From IMG/VR virus record IMGVR_UViG_3300044674_003822, positions 1 to 64,000 of that record: 64,000 nucleotides of DNA; one strand, written 5' to 3'. The stretch comes from an uncultured virus (IMG/VR IMGVR_UViG_3300044674_003822). Lineage: Duplodnaviria; Heunggongvirae; Uroviricota; Caudoviricetes. The notes beneath the pieces were generated by a model. That model saw nothing but the letters and a program-made list of their open reading frames with translations, had not been told where the DNA came from and did no database searches. This document shows, in pieces, positions 37,601 to 44,833 of this stretch (position 1 is its first letter; each line of letters begins with the position of its first letter). The position numbers and the translations under genes were made by a program.

Positions 37601-38521
37601 ATGAAACAGAGAAGAGAAGTTCTCGAAGGAAGATCAAGTGGAATCTTCAAATTGAGATTCGACACTTTGAATGCAGGATACACTTATGTGTGGTTAAATG
37701 GTGAACAGTTGACCCAAGGTGTGGACTGGCTTGTGAGCGGCAACACAATAACTGTACCAGGCAAGACGATCACAGCAAGTGATAGATTAGATGTGATGTA
37801 TTTCGCGGTAGAATCTGCCACAGGTGCAACAGGATTCAGGATATTCAAAGACATGTTGAACAGGACGTTCTACAAACGTATATCCAAGACTGCAACAACA
37901 AAATTAACGATAGATATGACAGAAGGGACACAGACCATCACAGTAGAAGATGGCACAGTGTTACCTGATCCAAAAAACGTTATCAGTTATGATGGATCGT
38001 CTGTTCAAACAATTATACCGGGAGTCATATTCATAGACAAAGAGAGAATAGAATACTTTACAAAAACAGGTAACACGTTGGGACAACTGCAACGTGGAAC
38101 TCTTGGAACAGGAATTAAGGGGCATGGATCAGGCACGGAAGTGGTAGATGCGTCTGGTACTCAAACCATCCCTTATGCGGACACGGTACACACCAACACC
38201 TTCACAGGTGACGGTAGCACTGTAATTTTCGCACTATCACAAACACCATCATCCGCTAGTGAGTTAGACATATTCATTGGTGGCCAACGATTGTTGCTCA
38301 CTAGCGAGGATGGTTCAACTATAAATTACTCTGTGTCTGGAAGCAACGTTACTTTGAGTACGGCACCCGCTTCAGGCACACAGGTCAAAATATTACACAA
38401 GAAAGGACAGGTATGGTACACTGCTAAGGACGGAAACCCAGCAGATGGTAAAGGATTACAGGCTTCTACAAGCCAACAGGCTAAATTCATTGCTAATGAG
38501 CCTACAAACGCACCTGAATAA
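25631..38521 (+). CDS. Giant (4296 aa) baseplate wedge/receptor-binding structural protein (gp7-like position)
   Basis: Follows gp6; contains INEVKPFHT, FG-GAP-like propeller repeats (FGHRI, FGWAH, FGDSVAMSKDG, FGTSLSMN, VGAP), a cupredoxin-like motif and GDGST-type repeats near the C-terminus. Confidence 0.8.
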   Translation: MADNTTNSLTNNEVVKQGNNEYRRTVQHLPAFYRTDTNQRFLSSTVDPLIQKGALERLDGFIGRQDAYTRQVTDRYVSATNRDRYAYQLEPAVTYTNRDTTSVNPEDQVKFTGTYDDYINQIKYFGGKINNHDRLNKEKIYSWNPAIDYDKLINYREYYWIPEGPGSIEIDSVGPNAVAEYSVENLAQGAYNFSHRENENNPILTLYRGNTYKFNVNAKGHPFYIMTEPYKDGSTNLFYTSGVTNAGADTGTVTFTVPTGAPDILYYQCGNHDAMYGILQIKTITSTTEINPADDIIGAKNYSLRTLDLSNGMKIKFPASLVGSDYQNREYYVEGVGDSITLTDVDDMITPASYSTETTVLYDAVGYDTRPYAKAFYTPDAKDYITIKKDSRDQNSWSRYNRWFHRSVIEETARVSGFTPVLDEDSRAKRPIIEFDSGLALYNHGTVAKRSVTLFDTVTTDAFSSVVKQTGYIIDGLPVEDGMRVVFSADTDSTVKNKIYVVNFVTAGDSTQVISLTEASDGTPAADESIFIEFGSANQGNTYHYDATSESWKLSQQKTGVNQQPLFKMFDNEHTSFDDATTYPNSSFTGATVFKFATSDTAPTDTVLGIKVKYNTVNNIGDIVFESDHTSGTFTYKLGTTTFTKNLAEGHLHYTTSRTTHNSRSSWIQSTNPSKQRVIRTFTVGKTEKKLFPVDCYDKSALLTDLEISVSVNGEKKSLTTDYTLVNGTKNRYVKFVKELIVDDQIRLSVYSAADKVKGKGIYEVPDNLSTNSMNGKLGTFTYGQVLRHVRDIFEKNTNLTGSVPGSTNLRDNPDSRFLGGTIHQHEGPLLPAIYGLIDRDTNLINAIEYTAHEYEKWYDAFLTHITGTAYEGVAADRVDEIISSITTGRNSSFPFYYEDMLGYGENVTTRSYTVLGASQTEYAIDSIHDITKISNRAVYVYLNDVQLLVGSQYTFSTTDDSVNITATLTEGDRIVIKDYADTTGSYMPTSPTKLGMYPKFTPEIFTDDTYITSTTVIRKHDGSIIKAYGDERDSLILELEKRIYNNLKTSYDNTLININDVLPNVFSSTEYTVDEINDIMATDFYSWAGRGNVQYISNTTFVEGSPFTYNYARSTSNKSGDKLPGYWRAIYKEYYDTDAPHVRPWEMLGHSEKPTDWDTTYGTAPYTSGNSILWNKIATESGRYGKPGILNYLPVDTSGNLLDPLAIGLVDNLDVAGRSAGWKFGDQSPAETAWRRSSAYTFSVIRTLALTKPAKFFSNLFDPSRLTTNVAGNQIDTDTGVRSTLATSKYHLETVTDNNTGITTRYHTAGYQPFIVNHLVSKNLDPKTFYYDRMKNLKVQLAYKLGGFTDKDNIKILTDSVSPGSTSGSKFIPDENYKILFRTSNPVDSFQYSGVLIEKNTDTTTKTDGSTVTNVGGYKVLGYSKSKPYFNFNYPIKTTTASAVSVEGSVTVEKFNIYQEATQTVPYGHVFDTIQDVADFLFGYGHWLEDQGFRFNKFSKELKETLNWSNAVREFLFWTTQQWTPGSAVTVSPAADGFELDTTDGIVGKMRNLSGDYSILDSGGRKIDVREISTKRLGKTFELGIKSADVGLYNIALNTVQKEHILLFDNSTVFSDIIYEPYTGFRQERLKLVGWKTAGWNGDYYAPGFVFDAAQVTYWLANTDYRIGDSVEYQAKFYVSKANHNSGPKFDIENWTLKTEKPAPQLIPNFEYKISQFNDFYNLETNNFDESQQKLAQRLIGYQSRDYLENLFVNDVSQYKFYHGFIKEKGTKNAIDKILKAKYEGEDIDLDLHPEWMIRTGNFGNTDSTESIQITLNQNQITSDPQSIELLENTKDTPEYARSEGVAKDNFFYKPVEYTTSTTFSRLDYTKEGVNRDTAQVFKTAGYPQLGQVQHTAFNITDIFNLDVNRVASSELIWVANKSNRDWDVFRITAGDFKIATVRSVNGASQLELIFTGSHGLSQGTQTTEADYFAISNSEEETLNGVYQVASIVDHRTVLIDYTGNTSFIPALEDGSTADTYGNVYKFISVRVDSMDNCNDKINYDKYRDRDNSIEREGDKVFADADSSGLWRVYEKQDPYTLKNILSPDSATTQQDFGHRIVARNDGRTVIASAPGKAQGEVHFLFRSTATPGSLFRPNSTVTTTAGNDNTSKLGESLSMSTDENFVIAGAPYANSLGSDGSTRFADAGAIELFVWDPSTFKYGTLVTKRPPTDQASQNFGWAHKIAEPGASSVRSTPTKYMFVSAPGLNSDTGRVYMYEWGIGADGSTYDSWTQCATIDSAEGGSGQRFGHRLEVNDNGDILAVSSIAPGNAGKVDIFVRSSHSNDDSVAHSFTHVQTLTGVSTDGSSLNTQFGDSVAMSKDGTRLIIGAPGVDKTEQDDAGAIYYYKWNADGSTNTYTLQQTMESPDSQVNMRFGTSLSMNQAGTRLIIGAQNFSNVREMKFDAGETTFDLQDTTISDTNTESGSAYTATMYNTKFVIDDRLITDSVSAHDGFGKGVCVTDNTVLVGAPQDDGNIASDGSSRVQNDGTLSCFDLSVSGEYAWKNITFETPLIDIEKAGQVFDFNNKTKQIRDFYDLYDPVQGRILGVADREINYKTEWDPATYNTGQDENTKTPWAEEHLGEVWWDLSQVKWLWYDQGTQEYKFNHWGQKFPGSTIDIYEWTESPVLPSVWNTRSGTQQGAVEGISGIAAYGDDSSYNIVQRYNSSVNRFVNIYYFWVRNRSTVPTNSVVTRKNSTSFVSNLIDFPERFSYKYYSITDTNMLIINKIGALTNSDIVLNIDIRTNNFEGDSHSVWKLAKEGDKDWRPGHQIETRWWDSLTGKNVAGDIVPDLDLPVNRRYGNNIRPRQGWYVNRFNALKEIIDYANDVLKKHQLVGTINLNNLNSADPEPTAQSLEWDAYVDTYAELTYIDTREFSGTVNYLVKADETANNYWAIYTWDGTEWTRTKLQTYNTSAYWGYTDWYQVLEHHGETGMVHDANTKIDKQVTYQYELDTLDLAVGKHVKVTSADTGGWKLFMKTATGWSNVGTENGTIRLKTTLYDYSQDATGFAGQDSFDDNFFDQDPSTETRKILTALRDDLFINDLAIEYNTLFFTGLRKVLEEQTYVDWMFKTSFINIKNSVRKLDQRKTYTIGTDSWIESYINEVKPFHTTIREYKLGYTNTDTHDGIFSDFDNPTFYDPETNAIRSLNVDSDTDKLTEFPHQMWYDYHKKYVQSITVTHGGSGYQQIPIVTVLGGTTGSTGPFQIQATSSSGTTSGQFGYYYPLFTNEKQAEIYDTQNGGTGTTKTYTFDGYPGSFYGPTASTAESTSDKSGAFKMYITPTNTAATATATIQNGAVTKITVTGIGANYNSTPVVIISGGRTDGSTPTDTAKAYANLNNDLVRDLDTTIKFDRVSSTSRVQDWTASTAYAYNDLIRHKNQLYKVTKAFTATTDFDDNVADLYKVYGDETGLTAADRTKGFYTPGTGMPGNELDQVMTGIDYGGTMVTGLLFNQSQGWDRSGWYDFPWDNYGGSRVKAFKGDGSSNTFTFDTAPATTEVYQVYITEDDSTRRKLTDVVRGDGSSVVMPVGGLSITPNANALVEFIPFDDDGVLTPTDDRTLDSIVKGGLFGSALGHAPSDIMLEGDDFVSPDTSYAPEETVPGQLFDTLDIKVYTSPESGVPFISEKNYTGNGSTTTFAIGDFPGTLGSVTVSVGGVVKKLTTDYTINVANKTITFGSAPANGSVIATRVFAISGDNYRVLDTFVGDNSTVSFTTSSRSEFNLDSTVSDIYVTQDGVPRTDFTRTITANTVTITFNSPVPPTGAFIQVAGFNKSASSPTRSFASIRNQELTYASGTNRYTLTYPPGSIGPFSGLTTVEVNGRVLRGPDNTYYVGDGSTYTYGVVSGLEDDSTVDPAKTISSASQVEVYVNGTKKDLNTDYTVDIGNQNIEFVTSAVPTSTDVICISTLVDHQYFNQGTDIILVPSAITSPYSLSNSDKISVTTFNNALGMKQRREVLEGRSSGIFKLRFDTLNAGYTYVWLNGEQLTQGVDWLVSGNTITVPGKTITASDRLDVMYFAVESATGATGFRIFKDMLNRTFYKRISKTATTKLTIDMTEGTQTITVEDGTVLPDPKNVISYDGSSVQTIIPGVIFIDKERIEYFTKTGNTLGQLQRGTLGTGIKGHGSGTEVVDASGTQTIPYADTVHTNTFTGDGSTVIFALSQTPSSASELDIFIGGQRLLLTSEDGSTINYSVSGSNVTLSTAPASGTQVKILHKKGQVWYTAKDGNPADGKGLQASTSQQAKFIANEPTNAPE

Positions 38522-38530
38522 ATACACTAG

Positions 38531-39256
38531 ATGACACAGGACAACAAACCAACAGAATCAAAAGAAGAGAACAAAAAGCCACAGGATAACACAGGTGTTA
38601 TGATGACTGGGCATATCAAGATTTTCGACCCAGAGACAGGTGAGGTTATCGTAGACAAAAGAAACGCGATACACTATGAAAACATGTCTCAGGCACTGGC
38701 CAATTCACTGGCCAACAAGTCAACAGGTTTCGTACACGAGATGGCGTTTGGTAATGGCGGAACATCCGTCGATCCAACAGGTGTAATTACATACCTCACT
38801 CCAAACTCAACAGGCAGTAATGCCACTTTGTACAATCAAACCTACTACAAAGTCATAGATGATAACTCTGCAACCAACAAAGACACAACAAGAAACAAGA
38901 TGGAAGTGCGACACACAGCAGGTAACAAGTACACTGACATTGTTTGCACTTGTACTTTGGACTACGGTGAGCCAACAGGACAAGCGGCGTTTGACAACAC
39001 TACAGATTTCAATGGTGCATATGTTTTTGATGAATTAGGATTGAAGAGTTGGGAAGGTACAGAGAATGGCGGAACAAACAAATTGTTGACACACGTTGTA
39101 TTCCACCCAGTACAGAAATCTTTAAACAGATTGATCCAGGTTGATTACACTCTAAGAATACAAAGTTTAACAACATTCACTGAAACTAGTTCTACTGCAC
39201 TGTCAACTTCAAACACAGTGAGTGGTACAACATCAGGTGGTAACACAGGGTACTAA
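38531..39256 (+). CDS. Baseplate/tail fibre connector structural protein
   Basis: GHIKIFD...NAIHYEN, MAFGNGG, FDELGL, LLTHVVFHPVQKSLNR..QVDYTLRI. Confidence 0.65.
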   Translation: MTQDNKPTESKEENKKPQDNTGVMMTGHIKIFDPETGEVIVDKRNAIHYENMSQALANSLANKSTGFVHEMAFGNGGTSVDPTGVITYLTPNSTGSNATLYNQTYYKVIDDNSATNKDTTRNKMEVRHTAGNKYTDIVCTCTLDYGEPTGQAAFDNTTDFNGAYVFDELGLKSWEGTENGGTNKLLTHVVFHPVQKSLNRLIQVDYTLRIQSLTTFTETSSTALSTSNTVSGTTSGGNTGY

Positions 39257-39259
39257 TAA

Positions 39260-40756
39260 ATGGAATACACAGTAAACAAGAGTAACACTTCGGCATCGCC
39301 GAACAAGTACACAGTACAAGATGGAATACTAAACAATCAAACTGATTTGAGTTTCATTGGAAGAGGTTACGCTGGTTACGGAGAAGTAATCGCTGAAAAT
39401 TTCCTGCATCTTTTAGAAAACTTTTCAAACGATTCTGCACCTAGTAAGCCAATACAAGGACAGTTATGGTATGACAGTTCGGCCAATAGGCTTAAAGTCT
39501 ACACTGGTTCAGCATTCGTACCATCCGGAGGTAATGTTCCTTATCAATCAGACGCACCATCTGCCTTGACGCAGGGAGACCTATGGATAGACTCGGACAC
39601 AGGCCAGATGTATTTCTACAACGGTTCAAGTTCGGTGTTGGTAGGACCACCCAGTGCTTCGGGAACAACAAACGGTTTCACGTATGACAGCATACTGGAC
39701 TCATTAGACGCAACACAGAACATAACAAAATTATTCAATGATGGGAACCTGATAGCAATAATATCAGAGGACACCTTCACACCCAAAACAGGTATATCAG
39801 GGTTCGCAACAGTAACAAAAGGTATCACACTATCAACAGCAATAGCAGACGTCAAGTTCTCAGGAACTGCCACAGATGCAGATGCATTAGGTGGAGTAGC
39901 GGCGGCCAACTATCTGAGATCAAATTCCAATGACACCACATCAGGAACACTTGGTGTTGTTAATGACTCAGGGTTGACGGTTGGTGCTGACAGTGATTTA
40001 CTTTTGACGGTCGATGCGACAGGAGTTAATCTAACCAACGCCACGCAGGACACAGACATTTCAATCAAAGTGAATGATGGTGGTACAACCACTACCGTTC
40101 TCACAGTCGACGGTGCAACATCAAGAATTGGAATAGGCACCACGACACCGACAACGAAACTACAAGTTTCAGGAACAGTGACAGCAACAGCATTCGCAGG
40201 TCCTGTGACAGGCGACCTAACAGGTAACGTTACTAGCACAGGCGCAAACTCGATGACCACTTTGACAATGGGTGGTACACTCACATCAAAAGCAATATTG
40301 CCAGATGCAACAACAACTTATGATTTAGGATCAACAAGCAAGAAATATAACACCGTACATGCAAAAGCAACATCGGCCCAATACGCTGACTTGGCAGAGA
40401 TATATGAATCAGACTCTAGGTATGACGTGGGAACAGTTGTCGTATTTGGCGGAGAAAAAGAAGTAACACAATCAACGATATCAAATGACACAAGGGTGGC
40501 AGGTGTCGTGAGTGAAAATCCTGCTTACCTAATGAACGACGAGTCCGAAGGACAAGCGATCGCACTTGTAGGAAAAGTCAAGTGTAAAGTACACGGAATG
40601 GTATCAAAAGGCGATCTTTTAACCACTTGTGGAACACATCCAGGCTGTGCCCAAAAGACGGCAAGTCCTGTGTTGGGTTCTGTGGTAGGAAAAGCAATGG
40701 AAAACAAGGATGATGCAGGAGAAAGTGTCATTTTAATAAGCGTAGGAAGACTATAA
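39260..40756 (+). CDS. Tail fibre protein, paralog 1, with C-terminal YADLAE chaperone-like domain
   Basis: N-terminal GRGYAGYGE..ENFLHLLENF...GQLWYD; RIGIGTTTPT repeat; C-terminal AQYADLAEIY...GVVSENPAYLMN...IALVGKV. Confidence 0.8.
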   Translation: MEYTVNKSNTSASPNKYTVQDGILNNQTDLSFIGRGYAGYGEVIAENFLHLLENFSNDSAPSKPIQGQLWYDSSANRLKVYTGSAFVPSGGNVPYQSDAPSALTQGDLWIDSDTGQMYFYNGSSSVLVGPPSASGTTNGFTYDSILDSLDATQNITKLFNDGNLIAIISEDTFTPKTGISGFATVTKGITLSTAIADVKFSGTATDADALGGVAAANYLRSNSNDTTSGTLGVVNDSGLTVGADSDLLLTVDATGVNLTNATQDTDISIKVNDGGTTTTVLTVDGATSRIGIGTTTPTTKLQVSGTVTATAFAGPVTGDLTGNVTSTGANSMTTLTMGGTLTSKAILPDATTTYDLGSTSKKYNTVHAKATSAQYADLAEIYESDSRYDVGTVVVFGGEKEVTQSTISNDTRVAGVVSENPAYLMNDESEGQAIALVGKVKCKVHGMVSKGDLLTTCGTHPGCAQKTASPVLGSVVGKAMENKDDAGESVILISVGRL

Positions 40757-40766
40757 ATACAGGTAT

Positions 40767-42182
40767 ATGGCGTACACAATCAATAAAACAGACGGCGGAA
40801 CAGTAGCCACGATCACAGACGGAACAGTAGACAACACTACTAGTTTGCAGTTGTTCGGAAAAAGTTATTCAGGATTTGGTGAGGGCCTTAACGAGAACCT
40901 TGTCAAACTACTAGAGAATTCAGCAGGAACAGGAGCACCATCGGCACCATTGAGAGGTGAACTATGGTTCGACACAAACACAAACCAAATTAAAGTATAT
41001 GATGGTTCAAGTTTCAAGCCCACAGGCGGTTCGAAAACAGGAAACACAGCGCCATCGTCACCATCAGTGGGTGACCTTTGGACAAACACAGACGACGACC
41101 AGATATTTGTCTACACAGGAGACTCAAGAACACACCAAGCAAACAACGGATGGGAATTGGTAGGTCCAGTGTTCACGGCAGGACAGACATTGTCCGGTTG
41201 GAAGATTGAAACTATTGCTAGTGCAGGTGGAAACAAGGTTGTTTCATCTATGTACGTGGGTAATACTAGAGTATGTATAGTTTCCAAGGAAGATTTCACA
41301 CCTTCAGCAGTACAAACAGGATTTACAACAATCAAGTCAGGAATGACATTGAATTCAACTCTTGGAGCAGTGTTTGAAGGAACGAACACATCAGCAACCT
41401 TCTTGAACGTATCAGGTACGACAAACAATTCAGGATTGATTGCAGGCGGTAACTTCCTGAGATCAGACGTGGCAGACACCACAACAGGTGGGCTGACCAT
41501 TGACGCAGATGCAGGATTGTCAATAGGTGATGATCAGGAATTGACAGTGACAGTCACAAGCAACAACGTCACTATTGCACAGACATCACAGGACAAAGAT
41601 ATAAAATTCACAGTGAACGATGGCGGAGTTACAAAAACTCCTCTACAATTGACAGGTGCGGACGGCGGCATTGACATGATAGGTGACCTTACAATCACAG
41701 GTAACTTGAATGTGAGTGGTGCTTACAACTACACATCATCTAACGTAGTTCAACACTCAGACACTTTCTTGAAAGTAAACGCAGGTGGTTCAGAAGTAGA
41801 CGCAGGACTTATAGTAGAAACATCAGACACAGATGATGCCAGAATGTTCTATGATGTGTCTGAAAACTTCTGGTCAGCAGGACATGGACAAGCATATTCA
41901 CAGGTAATCAGATTAGTGGACGCAGTCGAGGACGGCGATAACAACAAAGGTAAAGTTTTGAAAACCACAGCGGCAGGTAATGTCAAAGTTACTTCAGCAA
42001 ACTTAGGTGTCGTAGGTTCAGCAATAGCAACGTCAGATACTTCAAGTACAGCAGTTCCGACAATAGGACAGGTTGCTACGTTTGGAAACCTTTGGGGTGG
42101 ATCAGCGAAGTATGTAAACACTTCTGCTCCTACAAGCGGCGACGGAGTTGACGGAGATATTTGGTTCGTAAGGGAGGCGTAA
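40767..42182 (+). CDS. Tail fibre protein, paralog 2
   Basis: Same N-terminal domain (GKSYSGFGEGLNENLVKLLEN); ends APTSGDGVDGDIWF. Confidence 0.8.
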   Translation: MAYTINKTDGGTVATITDGTVDNTTSLQLFGKSYSGFGEGLNENLVKLLENSAGTGAPSAPLRGELWFDTNTNQIKVYDGSSFKPTGGSKTGNTAPSSPSVGDLWTNTDDDQIFVYTGDSRTHQANNGWELVGPVFTAGQTLSGWKIETIASAGGNKVVSSMYVGNTRVCIVSKEDFTPSAVQTGFTTIKSGMTLNSTLGAVFEGTNTSATFLNVSGTTNNSGLIAGGNFLRSDVADTTTGGLTIDADAGLSIGDDQELTVTVTSNNVTIAQTSQDKDIKFTVNDGGVTKTPLQLTGADGGIDMIGDLTITGNLNVSGAYNYTSSNVVQHSDTFLKVNAGGSEVDAGLIVETSDTDDARMFYDVSENFWSAGHGQAYSQVIRLVDAVEDGDNNKGKVLKTTAAGNVKVTSANLGVVGSAIATSDTSSTAVPTIGQVATFGNLWGGSAKYVNTSAPTSGDGVDGDIWFVREA

Positions 42183-42188
42183 TCCCTT

Positions 42189-43616
42189 ATGGTAGCAATA
42201 GTTAAAAAATTTTCATACACAGGCACAGTGCAAGAGGTAACGATACCCGCAGGCACACAATCAATTGACATATACCTATGGGGTGGCGCCGCAGGTGGTG
42301 GTGGCCCAGATGACAATCCGGGAGGACCAGGCACAGGTGGACAGCACGTCAAACACGTGGGTTACACTGGTGTAGCAAGTAACATAGGAAACACTCTACA
42401 GGTCGCAGTAGGCGGCGGTGGAGGTGGTGGATCATCAGGTGGTGGAGCACCGGGTGGTGTCAACGGAAAAAGTTTAACAAATTACTCAGGCGGGAGAGGT
42501 GGTAACGCAGGACCACAACCATATTCAGGTGGTGGAGGCGGTGGCGGAGGAGCCACAGTCTTAACAGTCAACGGAACAGCGACACACATTGCCGCAGGTG
42601 GTGGTGGCGGAGGTGGTGCAGGTAACCACTCGGGTTCAACACCAGGCATTAATTCTCACTCTGCACACTCACAAACACCAGCCACACTAGGACAGAACGG
42701 TGGAGATCACTCTGGAGACGGAGGTGGTGGAGGTGCCGGTGGCGGTGGAGCCGCTGGAGGAAAAGGTGGAGCAGGTGGTTCAGGAGACAACACAGGTCAG
42801 GGTGGATACACAGGTACAAGTTTATTCCAAACGGGAGGATCAAGTGCGGCGGCATCAGGAGTCACGCCAGGTGGAACGGGTGAGTCATACTACGTGGCAG
42901 GCACATCAGTTGGCGGAAACCCAGCCTCATCTGGATCAAATGGATATGCAGTTGTCGTTTTCAACATAGGAGTACAAGCAAACGTCAAAGTATCAGGATC
43001 ATGGAAAGAAGTAAATGACATGTATACCAAAGTATCAGGTGCATGGAAACAGATCACAGCAGGCTATGTTAAGGTGGGCAGTGATTGGAAGGCACTGTTC
43101 AACGCAGGAGTGAACTTTATTGAAAACGCGGCAGGTTTTGGAAACTCAGCAGGTGTTAGTGGAGCGCCAGGTGGATCAGGTGGTGGCGGTGGTTGTTTCA
43201 TAGCAGGCACAATGATATCAATGCATGACGGTTCATTGAAACCAGTAGAGCAAGTGGACATAGGTGACACAGTTTCAGTAGGTGGTAAAGTTTTCGCAAC
43301 AGGTAAATTCTTGATAGACAACCTATACGATTACAATGGTATACAGGTATCAGGAACACACATGGTCAAGGAAGACGGTGCGTGGGTTAGAGTAGAGGAC
43401 AGTAGATTAGGAGTATCACTAGGTGACGATGAAGTGATAGTGTACGTGTTTGGTAACGAGAACAGAAGAATTATAATCAACAACACAGAGTTCACAGACT
43501 ACTTTGAATTAAGTGAACAGCAAGAACTAACCAACCACGGCGAACAATTTTTTAGTAATTGGCAGGATCATGATAGACAGATACATGATAAAAATGTTAA
43601 TATACTAAATGCTTGA
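42189..43616 (+). CDS. Glycine-rich adhesin-like tail protein with C-terminal Hint domain
   Basis: Poly-Gly domain (LWGGAAGGGG...), KVSG.WK repeats, then GGGG-CFIAGTMI...KPVEQVDIGD...VSGTHMV Hint blocks starting at Cys codon 43194. Confidence 0.8.
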   Translation: MVAIVKKFSYTGTVQEVTIPAGTQSIDIYLWGGAAGGGGPDDNPGGPGTGGQHVKHVGYTGVASNIGNTLQVAVGGGGGGGSSGGGAPGGVNGKSLTNYSGGRGGNAGPQPYSGGGGGGGGATVLTVNGTATHIAAGGGGGGGAGNHSGSTPGINSHSAHSQTPATLGQNGGDHSGDGGGGGAGGGGAAGGKGGAGGSGDNTGQGGYTGTSLFQTGGSSAAASGVTPGGTGESYYVAGTSVGGNPASSGSNGYAVVVFNIGVQANVKVSGSWKEVNDMYTKVSGAWKQITAGYVKVGSDWKALFNAGVNFIENAAGFGNSAGVSGAPGGSGGGGGCFIAGTMISMHDGSLKPVEQVDIGDTVSVGGKVFATGKFLIDNLYDYNGIQVSGTHMVKEDGAWVRVEDSRLGVSLGDDEVIVYVFGNENRRIIINNTEFTDYFELSEQQELTNHGEQFFSNWQDHDRQIHDKNVNILNA

Positions 43617-44277
43617 TAAATCCTTTTACCACGGCCAACAAGGCGAGTGTTTCAAACAGTTAGAAAAATATTTTGAAGAGATCAAACACGAGTTTGATTC
43701 ACAACCTAACAAGGCTTTCTTAGATCCGGAAGATTTCTCAGATAGTGTTAGGGGACTTCCAGAAGACTTTGACGACAAGTCAGGTGACTATGTGCATGGC
43801 GAATGGCAAGCATTAGGCATACAATCAGGTGACCATGAGGGACAATCTTTCAATGACTATCCTATTCTATATTCCATACTGAGAAAATTTCCTTACAAAA
43901 CAAATGTAGCGATAATGACTGTTGGTCCTAACACAAAGATCGGTAATCACACAGACAACGAAGGTGGATGGAGATATCAAATGTGCTTAGACGACGGTGG
44001 AGGAGACCAGAGTGGCATGCATGTGATGAACATTGAAACTCGTAAACAGGAACTGATGACTTGGAAAACAGGTGAAGCGTTTGTATTTCAACCAGATATA
44101 CAAGTACACAACGGATTCAATAGAAATCCAGGGCCAAGGACAACATTATTAATTGACTTTTACAAGGAATCATTGTACACTAAAGAGAAGTTCGAAGAGT
44201 ATTACCAACACTATTCGGAATGTTTTGAAGGGTTAGAAAATCTAGTGGATGTACATGAGACAAGAAAACAAAAATAA
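43609..44277 (+). CDS. Aspartyl/asparaginyl beta-hydroxylase-like 2OG-Fe(II) oxygenase
   Basis: IGNHTD (HxD), W..GEAFVF, VHNGFN (distal His), RTTLLIDF. Confidence 0.8.
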   Translation: MLDKSFYHGQQGECFKQLEKYFEEIKHEFDSQPNKAFLDPEDFSDSVRGLPEDFDDKSGDYVHGEWQALGIQSGDHEGQSFNDYPILYSILRKFPYKTNVAIMTVGPNTKIGNHTDNEGGWRYQMCLDDGGGDQSGMHVMNIETRKQELMTWKTGEAFVFQPDIQVHNGFNRNPGPRTTLLIDFYKESLYTKEKFEEYYQHYSECFEGLENLVDVHETRKQK

Positions 44278-44833
44278 CAAGATTGCCATAATTGGTCACA
44301 CAAAAGGTATAGGCAAGGCCATAGCAGATCTGTACAGAAGAAAAAAATACGAGATTATTGGATTGAGTAGAAGTACAGGATATGATTTGGCAACAGATCA
44401 AGAAAAGATAATGGAAAAACTAGTGGACTGTGAATTGATTGTAGTAAATGCATATGCTAAATTTGGACAGTATCACTTACTCAAAAGAATTTACAGTGAA
44501 TTCCACCATCATTACAAGAAGGTTGTAGTAATAACAAGCACGTCAGGTACACCACAGGGCAAAGACGAGGAAAATTATGGCGCCGACTACAACGAATACT
44601 GCTGGCACAAAGAGCATCTGATAAAATACATCAGCGATTTACAAGAAGAGTTGTTCAATAAACCTTTGTCGGTGTATGACGTTTGTCCTGATGTAGTGGA
44701 TACCGATATGATAAAAGGATTATGGGAAGGACTGCCTAAACTCAAAGCGGATGAAGTAGCAGACACAGTGCGTTATTGCTTTGAATCACCTTTTAATATA
44801 AACAAGATTGTGATACAAAAAAATGTTAGTTAG
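44249..44833 (+). CDS. Short-chain dehydrogenase/reductase-like protein
   Basis: IAIIGHTKGIGKA Rossmann motif, VVNA, ITSTSG, YCWHK (YxxxK), PDVVDTDM. Start uncertain (44249 or 44255). Confidence 0.8.
   Translation: MYMRQENKNNKIAIIGHTKGIGKAIADLYRRKKYEIIGLSRSTGYDLATDQEKIMEKLVDCELIVVNAYAKFGQYHLLKRIYSEFHHHYKKVVVITSTSGTPQGKDEENYGADYNEYCWHKEHLIKYISDLQEELFNKPLSVYDVCPDVVDTDMIKGLWEGLPKLKADEVADTVRYCFESPFNINKIVIQKNVS

Noticed and set aside
42280..43195. GGT/GGC-rich sequence as a DNA repeat array or CRISPR
   Set aside because: Explained by poly-glycine coding; there is no repeat-spacer periodicity.
43194..43616. Hint domain as a true protein-splicing intein
   Set aside because: No terminal His-Asn followed by Cys/Ser/Thr, no endonuclease domain and no substantial C-extein.
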